This document shows positions 24,272-32,884 of a stretch of 32,884 nucleotides of DNA, piece after piece. Source of the stretch: a virus (Duplodnaviria > Heunggongvirae > Uroviricota > Caudoviricetes). The number at the start of each line of letters is the position of its first letter. Positions within the stretch are counted from its first letter, which is position 1. Location: IMG/VR virus record IMGVR_UViG_3300044712_000851, positions 1-32,884 of that record; one strand, 5' to 3'. The notes under the pieces are model-generated. The model was not told the origin of the DNA. It worked only from the letters and a program-made list of their open reading frames with translations, and searched no databases. The translations under genes and the position numbers were made by a program.

Positions 24272-24658
24272 ATGTCTATTTTGGCTTACGACGCTCAAAC
24301 TAAAAAGATTACAAGTTCGTCAGCAATTGATACTGTGGATAAGATCCTTGATATGAAAAAGGACAAAAATCCATGGGAAGTTATCGATTATCTGGTTACT
24401 TTGTGGTATGACACTTCTCCCGAGGATGCTCAGGGAACGATGATCAGTGTTAGAGACCTAAAGGAAACCCGAAAAGATCAACAATTTGGTCAGACTGACG
24501 ATAAGAATATGAGTAGGAGACTTATTATGATTTTTCCTACAGAGCTTCAGCGCTTGATTAGAAAGGTTTATTCGACGACAGAGATGCCATTTGATAAACA
24601 ATTTTTTCTTGATTTTGCTAATAGATATAAAGCATTTCAGATACCAGAACAATTATAA
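24272..24658 (+). CDS. Hypothetical head-associated protein
   Basis: ATG 24272 preferred over TTG 24218; follows the MCP. Confidence 0.7.
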   Translation: MSILAYDAQTKKITSSSAIDTVDKILDMKKDKNPWEVIDYLVTLWYDTSPEDAQGTMISVRDLKETRKDQQFGQTDDKNMSRRLIMIFPTELQRLIRKVYSTTEMPFDKQFFLDFANRYKAFQIPEQL

Positions 24659-24660
24659 AA

Positions 24661-24972
24661 ATGGCTGTAAATTTAGGAGCACTACAAAGACAGTGGTTTG
24701 CCAGACATCTATCTGGTGTAACCGCACAGACTCCGCTTAACGATCTTAAGAGGAGATATTTTGTGTCTCAAATTGGTGGAGCTTCAGCTAATGTTCAGGA
24801 TTTGAATGATATGGAGGTTCAGTGGTTTAGAAAACTAATTAATGATAATGGAGGAACTCCTAGTGGAATGTACCCACCAGATCTTCTTAAACAAGCTCTT
24901 GCAGCTCTCGGTTTTACGGTTACTAAATATGACAATCAAAACAGAATTAACTTATTTCAAAACTTAGCATAA
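24661..24972 (+). CDS. Hypothetical structural protein
   Basis: 103-aa ORF in the structural operon. Confidence 0.75.
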   Translation: MAVNLGALQRQWFARHLSGVTAQTPLNDLKRRYFVSQIGGASANVQDLNDMEVQWFRKLINDNGGTPSGMYPPDLLKQALAALGFTVTKYDNQNRINLFQNLA

Positions 24973-24973
24973 A

Positions 24974-26848
24974 ATGGCACTACCTACCAATCTAGATCAA
25001 CTCAATAGAACAAGCTTCTCAGAAGTTAACAGTAAACCTGCAAAAAGGGTTGATGTTGTATCTACGGCCACATTATTTGCAGTAGTTAACACAGGAAATC
25101 CTGGTCAGGCTTCAGTTGTTATTGATACGGGTACAAACTTCATAGGTCTAGCGACAGTTACAGTAGGTAATTTGGTCAATTCACTTTCAACAATTAACAG
25201 CCCTGTTACAGTAATTCAAGGAACAACTCCTTGGAGTTCTCTCGGTACGATGACTGTTGGTGCATCTCTTCCAGTTGGAACAAATTACATTGGTTTAGCA
25301 TCAGTCAATGTGGGAGGAACTCTTCCAGCATTGACGGTTGGTACAGCTACAATTGGTATCGTAAGGGTCGCAAATCAAAATGCTTTGATTGCTGGTTCTG
25401 CTTATGTAGGTTTGGCATCAGTAAACATTGGTGGAACTCTACCCGCACTTACCGCGGGAACTGCTTATATAGGATTAGCTTCTGTTAATATTGGTGGTAC
25501 CCTTCCAGCTCTATCAGCGGGATCAGCTTTCATAGGACTAACCACAACTGTTGTTGGCTCTGCCGCTACTTTATTCGCCGTTGTCAATACGGGAGCATCT
25601 AATTCAAATATAACCTTAAATCCATCACCTAACTTTATAGGTCTTGCTACGGTTGTTATAGGATCAGGAGCAACTATCTTTGCTGTAGTCAACACCGCCG
25701 CCGCTGGTGAAGCTTCTATAGCTTTTGATCCAACCCCAATCCTTAATACAAGTGCAAAGAATGCCGCGTGGGTATCTACCGCTACGGGTTCTTTGTTAAA
25801 TGTAAATTTAACTGGTAGAGATGGTAGTGTTGCAAAAGTTGAAACAACTGGAGCATTAGATGTTTTAGGTTTAGCTGGTACTAACTATATAGGACTAGCC
25901 TCTGTCAACATTGGAGGAACACTTCCTGCATTGACAGCTGGTTCAGCTTTTATAGGTTTAACTACCGCTGTTATTGGTTCGGCAGCTACAATATTTGCAG
26001 TTGTTAACACGGCTGCGGCAGGAGAGGCTTCAATCGCTCTTGACCCTTCTCCAATTTTGAATACATCACTTAAGACAGCTGCTTGGGTTTCAACCGCAAC
26101 GGGATCAATGCTTAATACAGCTCTTATGGGTCGTGGAGGAACTGTTGCTAATATAGAAACCTCTGGGGCTTTGGATGTTCTTAATGTCGCGGGAACGAGT
26201 TATATTGGTCTTGCATCAGTTAATATCGGAGGCACACTCCCTGCTTTAGTAGCGGGAACGGCGTATGTCGGTCTTGCTTCTGTAAATATTGGAGGTACTC
26301 TACCAGCCTTAACAGTTGGAACTGCTACTATTGGAATAGTTCGCGTTGCCAACCAAAATGCCCTTGTTGCTGGAACAGCATACGTTGGACTTGCTTCCGT
26401 TAATATTGGAGGAACTTTACCAGCTCTTACTACAGGCACAGCGTTTATTGGTCTTGCAACGGTGGTTAATGGAGCAGGATCTGCATTTATAGGTCTAGCT
26501 ACTGTTGTTGTTGGAAGCAATGTAACAACTTACCAAGTTCCTATCTCAACTTATACAGCAATAAACAGCATTTATTCAGCTTCGGGGGCAGCAACACTTT
26601 TTCTTCCTCCTTCTGGTCAAAGATGGGTACTTAAAGATGTTATTGTGGGTTCTCTTGGAAAATCTGAGGTTAATATTTCTTCTGCTACAAATGTGGTCAT
26701 TCCTTACATGTCTCTTGCAACCCAGAGTGGATATATCGGCAACTTTGGTGATTCTGGTGTAAGGGCTAAAGCCGTAGACCAAGCTTTGGTTATAAATCTT
26801 AACGGAGCGGCAACTATATCAGTTATGACTAATGTTAGATTTGAATAA
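24974..26848 (+). CDS. Repeat-rich, Ala/Gly/Thr/Val-rich putative virion fibre or surface protein
   Basis: 624 aa of mosaic repeats with very few charged residues; non-repetitive C-terminal domain. Confidence 0.7.
   Translation: MALPTNLDQLNRTSFSEVNSKPAKRVDVVSTATLFAVVNTGNPGQASVVIDTGTNFIGLATVTVGNLVNSLSTINSPVTVIQGTTPWSSLGTMTVGASLPVGTNYIGLASVNVGGTLPALTVGTATIGIVRVANQNALIAGSAYVGLASVNIGGTLPALTAGTAYIGLASVNIGGTLPALSAGSAFIGLTTTVVGSAATLFAVVNTGASNSNITLNPSPNFIGLATVVIGSGATIFAVVNTAAAGEASIAFDPTPILNTSAKNAAWVSTATGSLLNVNLTGRDGSVAKVETTGALDVLGLAGTNYIGLASVNIGGTLPALTAGSAFIGLTTAVIGSAATIFAVVNTAAAGEASIALDPSPILNTSLKTAAWVSTATGSMLNTALMGRGGTVANIETSGALDVLNVAGTSYIGLASVNIGGTLPALVAGTAYVGLASVNIGGTLPALTVGTATIGIVRVANQNALVAGTAYVGLASVNIGGTLPALTTGTAFIGLATVVNGAGSAFIGLATVVVGSNVTTYQVPISTYTAINSIYSASGAATLFLPPSGQRWVLKDVIVGSLGKSEVNISSATNVVIPYMSLATQSGYIGNFGDSGVRAKAVDQALVINLNGAATISVMTNVRFE
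25277..26430 (+). repeat. Coding repeat array: 7 x GLASVN(I/V)GGTLPAL plus other modules
   Basis: Copies begin at 25292, 25409, 25472, 25892, 26207, 26270, 26387. Confidence 0.9.
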
Positions 26849-26851
26849 AAG

Positions 26852-28351
26852 ATGTCAACATTTACAAAACAAATAACATCGTCTTCTGATGATGCAGAGG
26901 AAAACGTCTCTACTGGTGGAGTTACTTTAGATAGTTCTGACTTAGAATTTTTGTATGATGGGGTGCAACAGGTAATTGGTCTGAGATTTCCTAGTGTAAC
27001 AATTTCTAAAAATGCAACGATTAGTGCTGCTTATGTAACTTTTACCATTAAAGATGCTAATAGTGGAACGATCACTGTAGATATTCACGGACAAGCCGCT
27101 GATAATGCTTCAACTTTTACGACTTCTACAAATGATGTTTCTGGTAGGACAAAAACCACAGCTTCGGTTACTGGGTGGTCTATAGGAGGAAGTGGTTCGG
27201 GAACTGGGGTTACAGTGGATACTGATGATATCAGTAGCATAATAACAGAGATAACAGCCAGAACAAATTGGACTTCTGGAAATGCTTTAGCTTTGATTTT
27301 TGATAATCCATCAACCACCGCCAATATTAGAAGATTTTGGACAGTCGATGGTTCCAGTGGTGGTGCCCCCACTCTTCATGTTACATACACAGATAATGCT
27401 TCTCCTACCGTTACCCTAAATTCACCAGCAGATGCTGCAACAGGGGTTTCAACTACTCCAGATCTTACTTTTACAGGAACTGATGGAGAAAGTAATGATA
27501 TTAGATATGAAGTAGAAGTGGATACGGTAAATACTTTTGATAGTACCTCAAGTGGAACAACAGAATATTTAGATCAGCATCAAGATAGTACGGGGACAAA
27601 TTTTGGTTTTGGACAATTTGCCGCTGTGCGTTATAGAGGGCAGGTTTTTACTTGTGGAATATCGGGAACTCTTACTACAATTGGTTTTGACAGAGTGAAA
27701 GGAAGCCAAGGCGTAAAAGTTTATATTGATACTGTAGATGGAAGCAATTTTCCCGCTCATGCAGTGGGTTCAGAACTTTATTCTTTTACAATTAGTAATG
27801 CCAATATAGTTAATGGTTATTCTACCTATGCCGTTCCAACCCCTCCGACATTAACATCTGGAACAAAATATTGTATGTATTTAGCTCCTTGGAATACTGG
27901 TACCGATGCTTATGCGGACGATTATCAAGATCTTCATGGTACAAATAGTACTACGGGTGGAGTTACTGAAATTACCTATAACGGAGGCTGGTCAACGGAA
28001 AATTTATGTTTTCACTATGCAACATATATTACAGCGACAGCATATGGTCCTTTGTTAGATAAGATAAGCGGAACTGACACAGGATTTACAGATGTTACAA
28101 ACGGTGCAGATACAGACCCATTTGCAAGTGGTGATCAAATTAAATTTACAGTCCAAGCAGGAGATACTTTGTCGGTTTCAACAGTTTACTATTGGAGAGT
28201 AAGAGGAATAGACCCATCAGGTTCTAATACTTATGGTGCGTGGGCAACTACAAGGAGTTTTACGACGGGAACTGGTGGCGGGGGAACAGCTCTTAATCTC
28301 AGGGGAGTGATAAATGGTCACGGATTTATTCCTACTTTTAGGGACTTTTAA
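26852..28351 (+). CDS. Ser/Thr-rich beta-sandwich (Ig/FnIII-like) putative virion protein
   Basis: PTVTLNSPAD..GVSTTPDLTFTGTD..Y.VEVD and YYWRVRG..S..YGAW FnIII-like patterns. Confidence 0.65.
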   Translation: MSTFTKQITSSSDDAEENVSTGGVTLDSSDLEFLYDGVQQVIGLRFPSVTISKNATISAAYVTFTIKDANSGTITVDIHGQAADNASTFTTSTNDVSGRTKTTASVTGWSIGGSGSGTGVTVDTDDISSIITEITARTNWTSGNALALIFDNPSTTANIRRFWTVDGSSGGAPTLHVTYTDNASPTVTLNSPADAATGVSTTPDLTFTGTDGESNDIRYEVEVDTVNTFDSTSSGTTEYLDQHQDSTGTNFGFGQFAAVRYRGQVFTCGISGTLTTIGFDRVKGSQGVKVYIDTVDGSNFPAHAVGSELYSFTISNANIVNGYSTYAVPTPPTLTSGTKYCMYLAPWNTGTDAYADDYQDLHGTNSTTGGVTEITYNGGWSTENLCFHYATYITATAYGPLLDKISGTDTGFTDVTNGADTDPFASGDQIKFTVQAGDTLSVSTVYYWRVRGIDPSGSNTYGAWATTRSFTTGTGGGGTALNLRGVINGHGFIPTFRDF

Positions 28352-28364
28352 GGAGGTGTTTTAT

Positions 28365-28499
28365 ATGGCAAAAAAATCACAAACAACAGAATCAGAAACA
28401 ATGAATGAAAACGAAGCAGACGATGTTAAAATGCAAATTCCTGCTAAACCAAGCAAGGTAAGCAAATTTGGTCAGTTTTTAAAATCTTTGAAGAAATAA
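28365..28499 (+). CDS. 44-aa hypothetical protein
   Basis: AAGGAGGTG RBS before ATG 28365. Confidence 0.6.
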   Translation: MAKKSQTTESETMNENEADDVKMQIPAKPSKVSKFGQFLKSLKK

Positions 28500-28500
28500 A

Positions 28501-29064
28501 ATGAGTAACCTCGATCAAATACAAAAAAACGTTCAAGCGGTCAATGATCAAATCTCGGCTATTGGTGCTGAGATTCAATCTGCTGTGGATTCTGGAAACT
28601 CTGCCAAATTAAAAGAAGTAGCCAATCAAGTAAAAATGATGAAGAGTCAGTTGCTTGGTCTTAAGAAAGAACAAGCTAAAAAAATGATTGAAGCTAAGAT
28701 GCCAGACCAAAAGGTTGGGGCAGAGGAAGATTATTCTTTAACAAAAATGTGGGGAGACCAGAGGTACAATCCTTACTGGCTTAAAGTAGCTGAATACTTC
28801 GGCGTCAAAGAAAAGGAGTTTTCATTAGCCCAAAATAAAATAAGCGATATTTTAGACTGGGCAGCTAATACCGCGAAATCTAGGAAGATGTCGGATATTA
28901 TCGCCACGATAGGCAAGACTGCACGTAAATTGTCATCTCCAGGTTATACCGAAAGACCATACGCAATTTTGTATAGGTATATTAAACTCGAAGCAGAAAA
29001 ACAGATGGCAAATCCTCAGGCTAAAAAAGATATAGAAAAAGAGATGTCAGCCTATAAAAAATAG
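28501..29064 (+). CDS. Coiled-coil hypothetical protein
   Basis: 187 aa, heptad-like N-terminal half. Confidence 0.75.
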   Translation: MSNLDQIQKNVQAVNDQISAIGAEIQSAVDSGNSAKLKEVANQVKMMKSQLLGLKKEQAKKMIEAKMPDQKVGAEEDYSLTKMWGDQRYNPYWLKVAEYFGVKEKEFSLAQNKISDILDWAANTAKSRKMSDIIATIGKTARKLSSPGYTERPYAILYRYIKLEAEKQMANPQAKKDIEKEMSAYKK

Positions 29065-29069
29065 CTGAC

Positions 29070-29099
29070 TTGACAAATACTAAAAAGATGTTTTATGAT
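29070..29099 (+). promoter_or_regulatory. Promoter for the glycosyltransferase unit
   Basis: TTGACA(29070-29075)-18 nt-TATGAT(29094-29099). Confidence 0.65.
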
Positions 29100-29206
29100 G
29101 TATTATCTTCGTGAATTTAGATTCTTCTAGTGATTAGATTTAGTATTACCTTCTAGACCGTTCTGGGGAAAGGTCTTGTGAAAATCTGTACTAACATCCA
29201 AAAATT

Positions 29207-31711
29207 ATGCAAAAAGATCCTGCCGAGAAGATTGCTTTTACACTACTAGCTAAATATAATGAACCTGCGGATATTATTCGTAGGTGTATTTCTTCTGTCG
29301 CTCCATTTGTCGATGGCGTTTTCCTCACGATTACTAAAGACTCTCCAGAAAGTGATACCTCAGAACTTGAAAAAGTTGCGAGTGAATTCAATGCCAAGGT
29401 TTCCTATTATGATTGGGTTGATGACTTTTCAATGGCTCGTAACTATGCCCTAGAACAAATTCCAAAAGAGGAGTATGGGTGGTTTTATTGGCAAGACGCA
29501 GACGATATTCTTCAGAATGCAGACAAGCTTCCAGAAATTCTTCATGAAGCAATTCTTAATAGTTGGTCAGCAGTGTTTTTCTCATATTGGTATGCAGTAG
29601 ATCTTGACAAAAATGGAAATGTCAGAGAGGTTGTTATCGAACACAAGCGCGAGAGAATTCTTCGACACGATGGAACTTACAAATGGGTGGGTAAAATTCA
29701 CGAAACCTTAATAGAACAAAAACCCTCAACTAAAGTTTTAAAGAATGAATGTATTGTTGTTCATTTAAGTGATAATAAAAGACTGGAAGTTAGCTTAGAT
29801 CGAAATATCAGAATCCTCGAAAAAGCTCTTAAACTTGAAAATAGAAAAGATCCTCGTACTGTCATGTATCTAGCTAAAGCTTATTTCGATCGTGCCAAAT
29901 TTAGAGAGACCGAAAACGATAAAAAGATAGATTTTGGTTTAGCTAAAGCTTTATTCCTTGAATATCTCCAAGGTGCGGGAACGCCAGGTCAGGAGGGATA
30001 TCAAGAGTCTTCAGGTTGGGAAGAGGAAAGGTCTTCAGCATGGGCTTATCTTGCAGATACTTTTAGATTGGAAGGACAATACAACCAATCAATTAAATGT
30101 TCTCTGAATGCTATTGCAGAATCTAATCAGTTCCCTGGATATTATCTCGATCTTGCCATGACCTATGTTTTGATGAATAAATTTGATAAAGCTGACATAT
30201 GGCTCAGAATTGGTTTAAACATTCCTCTACCACAAACCACCCTTATTACTAACCCACGAGATTTGAAAGCTAGAGCTCTTGAAGTCGATTACCACATTGC
30301 TATTGCCAAACAAGATCTAGATAGGGCATTTAAGGCTTCTGAGGGGCTTAAAAAGGTCCTTCCTGATATAGAAGCGGTTGAAGAGAGGTTAAAGGTTGTT
30401 GGTAAGCTTAGAGAGGCAAACCATGCAGCTCAATCACTTGTTTATTTGTCTCGTTATCTTGAAGCCTCTGGTGAACCACAAAAGATATCTGATCTTATAA
30501 AGGCTATTCCTACAAACCTAGAACAAGAAAGATTTTATTCAGAAATGAAAAACAAATATCTTCCTCCAAGAATTTGGGATAAGGATGAAGTTGCTATTTT
30601 CTGTGGACCTGGATTTGAGAAATGGTCACCTAAAAATATTAAAGACGGAATAGGTGGTTCAGAAGAGGCAGTTATTTATCTATCAAAAGAACTCCATAAA
30701 CTTGGATATAAGGTTACAGTTTTTGCAGATCCACGCGATGATAGGGGGGTTTATGAGGGAGTTACTTATGTACCTTTCCATGAAATAAATATTAAAGATA
30801 ACTTCAATATAATGATTTTCTGGAGACAGATTGCTTCTGTTGATGCCAATATTACAGCAAACAAAACTTACGTGTGGTTGCATGATGTACCTACTAATCC
30901 AGAGTTTACCGAAGAGAGAGTTGCTAAAGTTGATAAAATATTTGTTTTATCTGACTATCACAAGAGTTTACTTAGAATGAATCGAAAAGGTGAAATGATT
31001 CCAATGCCAGAAGACAAGGTATTTGTCACCTCAAATGGAATTAACAAACCAGCTATCAATAAAAAGTGGGCAAGGAAGAAACACTCAATGATTTGGACTT
31101 CAAGCTATGACCGTGGTCTTCCGTATTTACTCAACATGTGGCCAGATATCAAAAAAGAAATTCCTGATGCAACTCTTGATATTTATTACGGTTGGAATTT
31201 ATACGACGTTGTCCATGCCAACAATCCAGCCAGAGCTCAATGGAAAAATCAAGTCGAACAAATGATGAAACAGGATGGTGTTACCCATCACGGCAGAGTC
31301 GGACATTCTGAGTTGGCTAAGGCATTATCTCAAGCAGAGGTATGGACATATCCAACCGACTTCCAAGAAATAAGTTGTATTTCTGCGATGAAGGCACAAG
31401 GTCATGGAGCTTTTCCAGTTGTCACCAACTATGCTGCTCTCAAAGAAACTGTACAGTCTGGTAAGAAAATTGATGTTGATATGACAACTAAGGATGGTCA
31501 AGAGACCTACAAACAGGAATTAATTAAATTCTTAAAAGAAGACTCTGAAAACGAAGAAAAGAGAAAAGAAATGATGAAAAATGCTGAAGATAAGTTTTTG
31601 TGGTCAGTTGTCGCAAGACAATGGGAAAAACTATTTTCAGAAAAAGTCAGCACAACTTCACCAACAGTGATAGATGCGGGAAAGGAGATGATTAAAGATG
31701 GCACAGTTTAG
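29207..31711 (+). CDS. GT2-TPR-GT4 fusion glycosyltransferase
   Basis: GT-A: WVDDFSMARN, WQDADD, WVGKIHE; TPR-like helices (YLAKAYF, YLADTF, YLDLA); GT-B: GIGGSEEA, WLHD, SSYDRGL, YPTDFQEISCISAMKAQ. Confidence 0.85.
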   Translation: MQKDPAEKIAFTLLAKYNEPADIIRRCISSVAPFVDGVFLTITKDSPESDTSELEKVASEFNAKVSYYDWVDDFSMARNYALEQIPKEEYGWFYWQDADDILQNADKLPEILHEAILNSWSAVFFSYWYAVDLDKNGNVREVVIEHKRERILRHDGTYKWVGKIHETLIEQKPSTKVLKNECIVVHLSDNKRLEVSLDRNIRILEKALKLENRKDPRTVMYLAKAYFDRAKFRETENDKKIDFGLAKALFLEYLQGAGTPGQEGYQESSGWEEERSSAWAYLADTFRLEGQYNQSIKCSLNAIAESNQFPGYYLDLAMTYVLMNKFDKADIWLRIGLNIPLPQTTLITNPRDLKARALEVDYHIAIAKQDLDRAFKASEGLKKVLPDIEAVEERLKVVGKLREANHAAQSLVYLSRYLEASGEPQKISDLIKAIPTNLEQERFYSEMKNKYLPPRIWDKDEVAIFCGPGFEKWSPKNIKDGIGGSEEAVIYLSKELHKLGYKVTVFADPRDDRGVYEGVTYVPFHEINIKDNFNIMIFWRQIASVDANITANKTYVWLHDVPTNPEFTEERVAKVDKIFVLSDYHKSLLRMNRKGEMIPMPEDKVFVTSNGINKPAINKKWARKKHSMIWTSSYDRGLPYLLNMWPDIKKEIPDATLDIYYGWNLYDVVHANNPARAQWKNQVEQMMKQDGVTHHGRVGHSELAKALSQAEVWTYPTDFQEISCISAMKAQGHGAFPVVTNYAALKETVQSGKKIDVDMTTKDGQETYKQELIKFLKEDSENEEKRKEMMKNAEDKFLWSVVARQWEKLFSEKVSTTSPTVIDAGKEMIKDGTV

Positions 31712-31889
31712 TCAAGAAATGCACAGTGTCCCTTGTCTAGTTTGTGGTAAATCAACATATGTTCGTTCTACCAAAGACAAGCCTTTTTGTTCCCGCATTT
31801 GTAAATCAGAATATATGAATAAAGTGAAGTATCACGGAATGAGATCTGAAAGATATGATGGTCCAACAAGACCAACAGGTTCTTTATAA
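31698..31889 (+). CDS. Small FCS-type zinc-finger protein
   Basis: CLVCGK..PFCSRIC. Confidence 0.65.
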   Translation: MAQFSQEMHSVPCLVCGKSTYVRSTKDKPFCSRICKSEYMNKVKYHGMRSERYDGPTRPTGSL

Positions 31890-31890
31890 A

Positions 31891-32319
31891 ATGAATTCAA
31901 TTAGAGAGAATTACAAAAAGTATTTAGATTATCCTAGTAGAGATACCAAGGATAATTATATTTGGTCTATTGCGGAAGCTTTACAAAAAGTCGACCACTC
32001 GGGGAGAAAACCAAAAGAAAAATGGTATGTCAGATTCTTTAATAAGATTAAAGGTCGTCTAGTAAAAGAGAAACCTTATAAGGATACATACTTTGCGATT
32101 AAGATGCCTTTTGACAAAGATGATTTTGCAGATTTGCAAATAGTCGACTTTAGTCCTAAAGCACTTACTGGAGATATAACTTCTGCTTTATATCCATCAC
32201 CAGCTAAGAAATTTGTTATTTTTGCCAAGGTTGTAGGTTTTTCGGATTCTAATGATATCGAGTTTAATTGGGGCATGAATTATAAAGATTATCTTAAAGA
32301 TAAATTTAAAAAGAAATGA
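31891..32319 (+). CDS. Hypothetical protein
   Basis: ATG 31891 just after the upstream stop; ATGA overlap with the next gene. Confidence 0.65.
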   Translation: MNSIRENYKKYLDYPSRDTKDNYIWSIAEALQKVDHSGRKPKEKWYVRFFNKIKGRLVKEKPYKDTYFAIKMPFDKDDFADLQIVDFSPKALTGDITSALYPSPAKKFVIFAKVVGFSDSNDIEFNWGMNYKDYLKDKFKKK

Positions 32320-32884
32320 ATATAGCTTTTATTTGTGATAGTCCACCAGTTCACGCTGTTTATTGGAATGATGGACTAAAAGCCGCTCTAGGAGTATTGG
32401 TTAATCAATACAAGTGGGAGGTAGATATTTTTAATGTTCAGACAGATGATCTTAGAGATATTAAAAAAGATATTTATGATATAGGGTTGTTTTGGGGATC
32501 ACTCATAGATCCAGCTTTTCAGTATAAGTATTTTAAAAAACAGGCACTTTGTTTTGGAGGAGGACCAACATTTAGTCCCGCTCTACACAATTTTGATTTG
32601 ATTTTCGCGGAGTCAAAAACAGATTTTCTAGATTTCAAAAGGTTTGGAAAGAAAGTGATACAGGCTTTTGGTACAAATACTAAACTCTTTAAACCGATGC
32701 CTGATCAGCCAAAATCTTTTTCTTATTTATATCCAGCCGCTTTTGCCAAATGGAAACATCACGAAAAGTTCGTTGAGTTTATAAAAGAAAAAGAAAGCAA
32801 GTACGCAATAGAGCTCCCTCCTTTGGCTGTGGGACATATACAAGAAAATGGAGTAGAAAAAGAGTGTTATGAAATTTGCCAGAA
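32316..32884 (+). CDS. GT4-like glycosyltransferase, truncated by the window end
   Basis: MNIAFICD..WNDGLKAAL..AFGTNTKLFKP..YPAAFAKWKHH; frame is open to the edge and absent from the ORF track. Confidence 0.65.
   Translation, partial: MNIAFICDSPPVHAVYWNDGLKAALGVLVNQYKWEVDIFNVQTDDLRDIKKDIYDIGLFWGSLIDPAFQYKYFKKQALCFGGGPTFSPALHNFDLIFAESKTDFLDFKRFGKKVIQAFGTNTKLFKPMPDQPKSFSYLYPAAFAKWKHHEKFVEFIKEKESKYAIELPPLAVGHIQENGVEKECYEICQ

Noticed and set aside
29603-29611. Extra CTTGACAAA copy as a promoter
   Set aside because: Mid-gene (codes LDK) with no -10 at 16-18 nt.
31698-31889. YacG gyrase inhibitor
   Set aside because: Shares CxxC..PFCSxxC but lacks the DLGxW C-terminal motif.
1544-32276. Many antisense or shifted ORFs in the track (e.g. 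1544-1849, 5339-5590, 8653-9063, 26200-26520)
   Set aside because: Shadow frames of well-supported genes, with no motifs, promoters or RBS.
299-32319. Alternative genetic code (TGA=Trp), suggested by the phage TrpRS
   Set aside because: TGA ends many genes exactly at ATGA overlaps, and conserved proteins are uninterrupted in the standard code.
1-32884. tRNA, rRNA or CRISPR array
   Set aside because: No cloverleaf in intergenic gaps; GTTC(A/G)A-like strings (e.g. 3621, 13055) lie inside CDSs; no equal-length repeat-spacer series. A manual scan could still miss a divergent tRNA.

Overview
This window looks like a segment of a tailed dsDNA phage (or prophage) genome. It is AT-rich, densely packed and coded almost entirely on the + strand. 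About 0.3-12 kb is an early/accessory block: HAD phosphatase, C5 DNA methyltransferase with a second overlapping reading frame, two unusually small aminoacyl-tRNA synthetases (HisRS-like catalytic core, compact TrpRS), two metallophosphoesterases, an HExxH peptidase, EndoVII/HNH/NinG-type nucleases and a class II ribonucleotide reductase. About 11.6-12.7 kb holds two divergent HTH/Zn-finger regulators driven by overlapping back-to-back promoters. Next come GroES/GroEL, a ParB-like protein, a putative TerS, a terminase large subunit split into ATPase and nuclease genes, portal, scaffold and major capsid protein. The window ends with repeat-rich Ser/Thr-rich putative virion proteins and glycosyltransferases (GT2-TPR-GT4 fusion; GT4 truncated at the edge). 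Many early genes appear to be transcribed as leaderless mRNAs from sigma70-type promoters, whereas several structural genes have strong GGAGGTGA ribosome-binding sites inside structured leaders. I found no tRNA, rRNA, CRISPR array or integrase. All family calls come from motif recognition by eye and all RNA structures from manual pairing; no database search or folding program was run.
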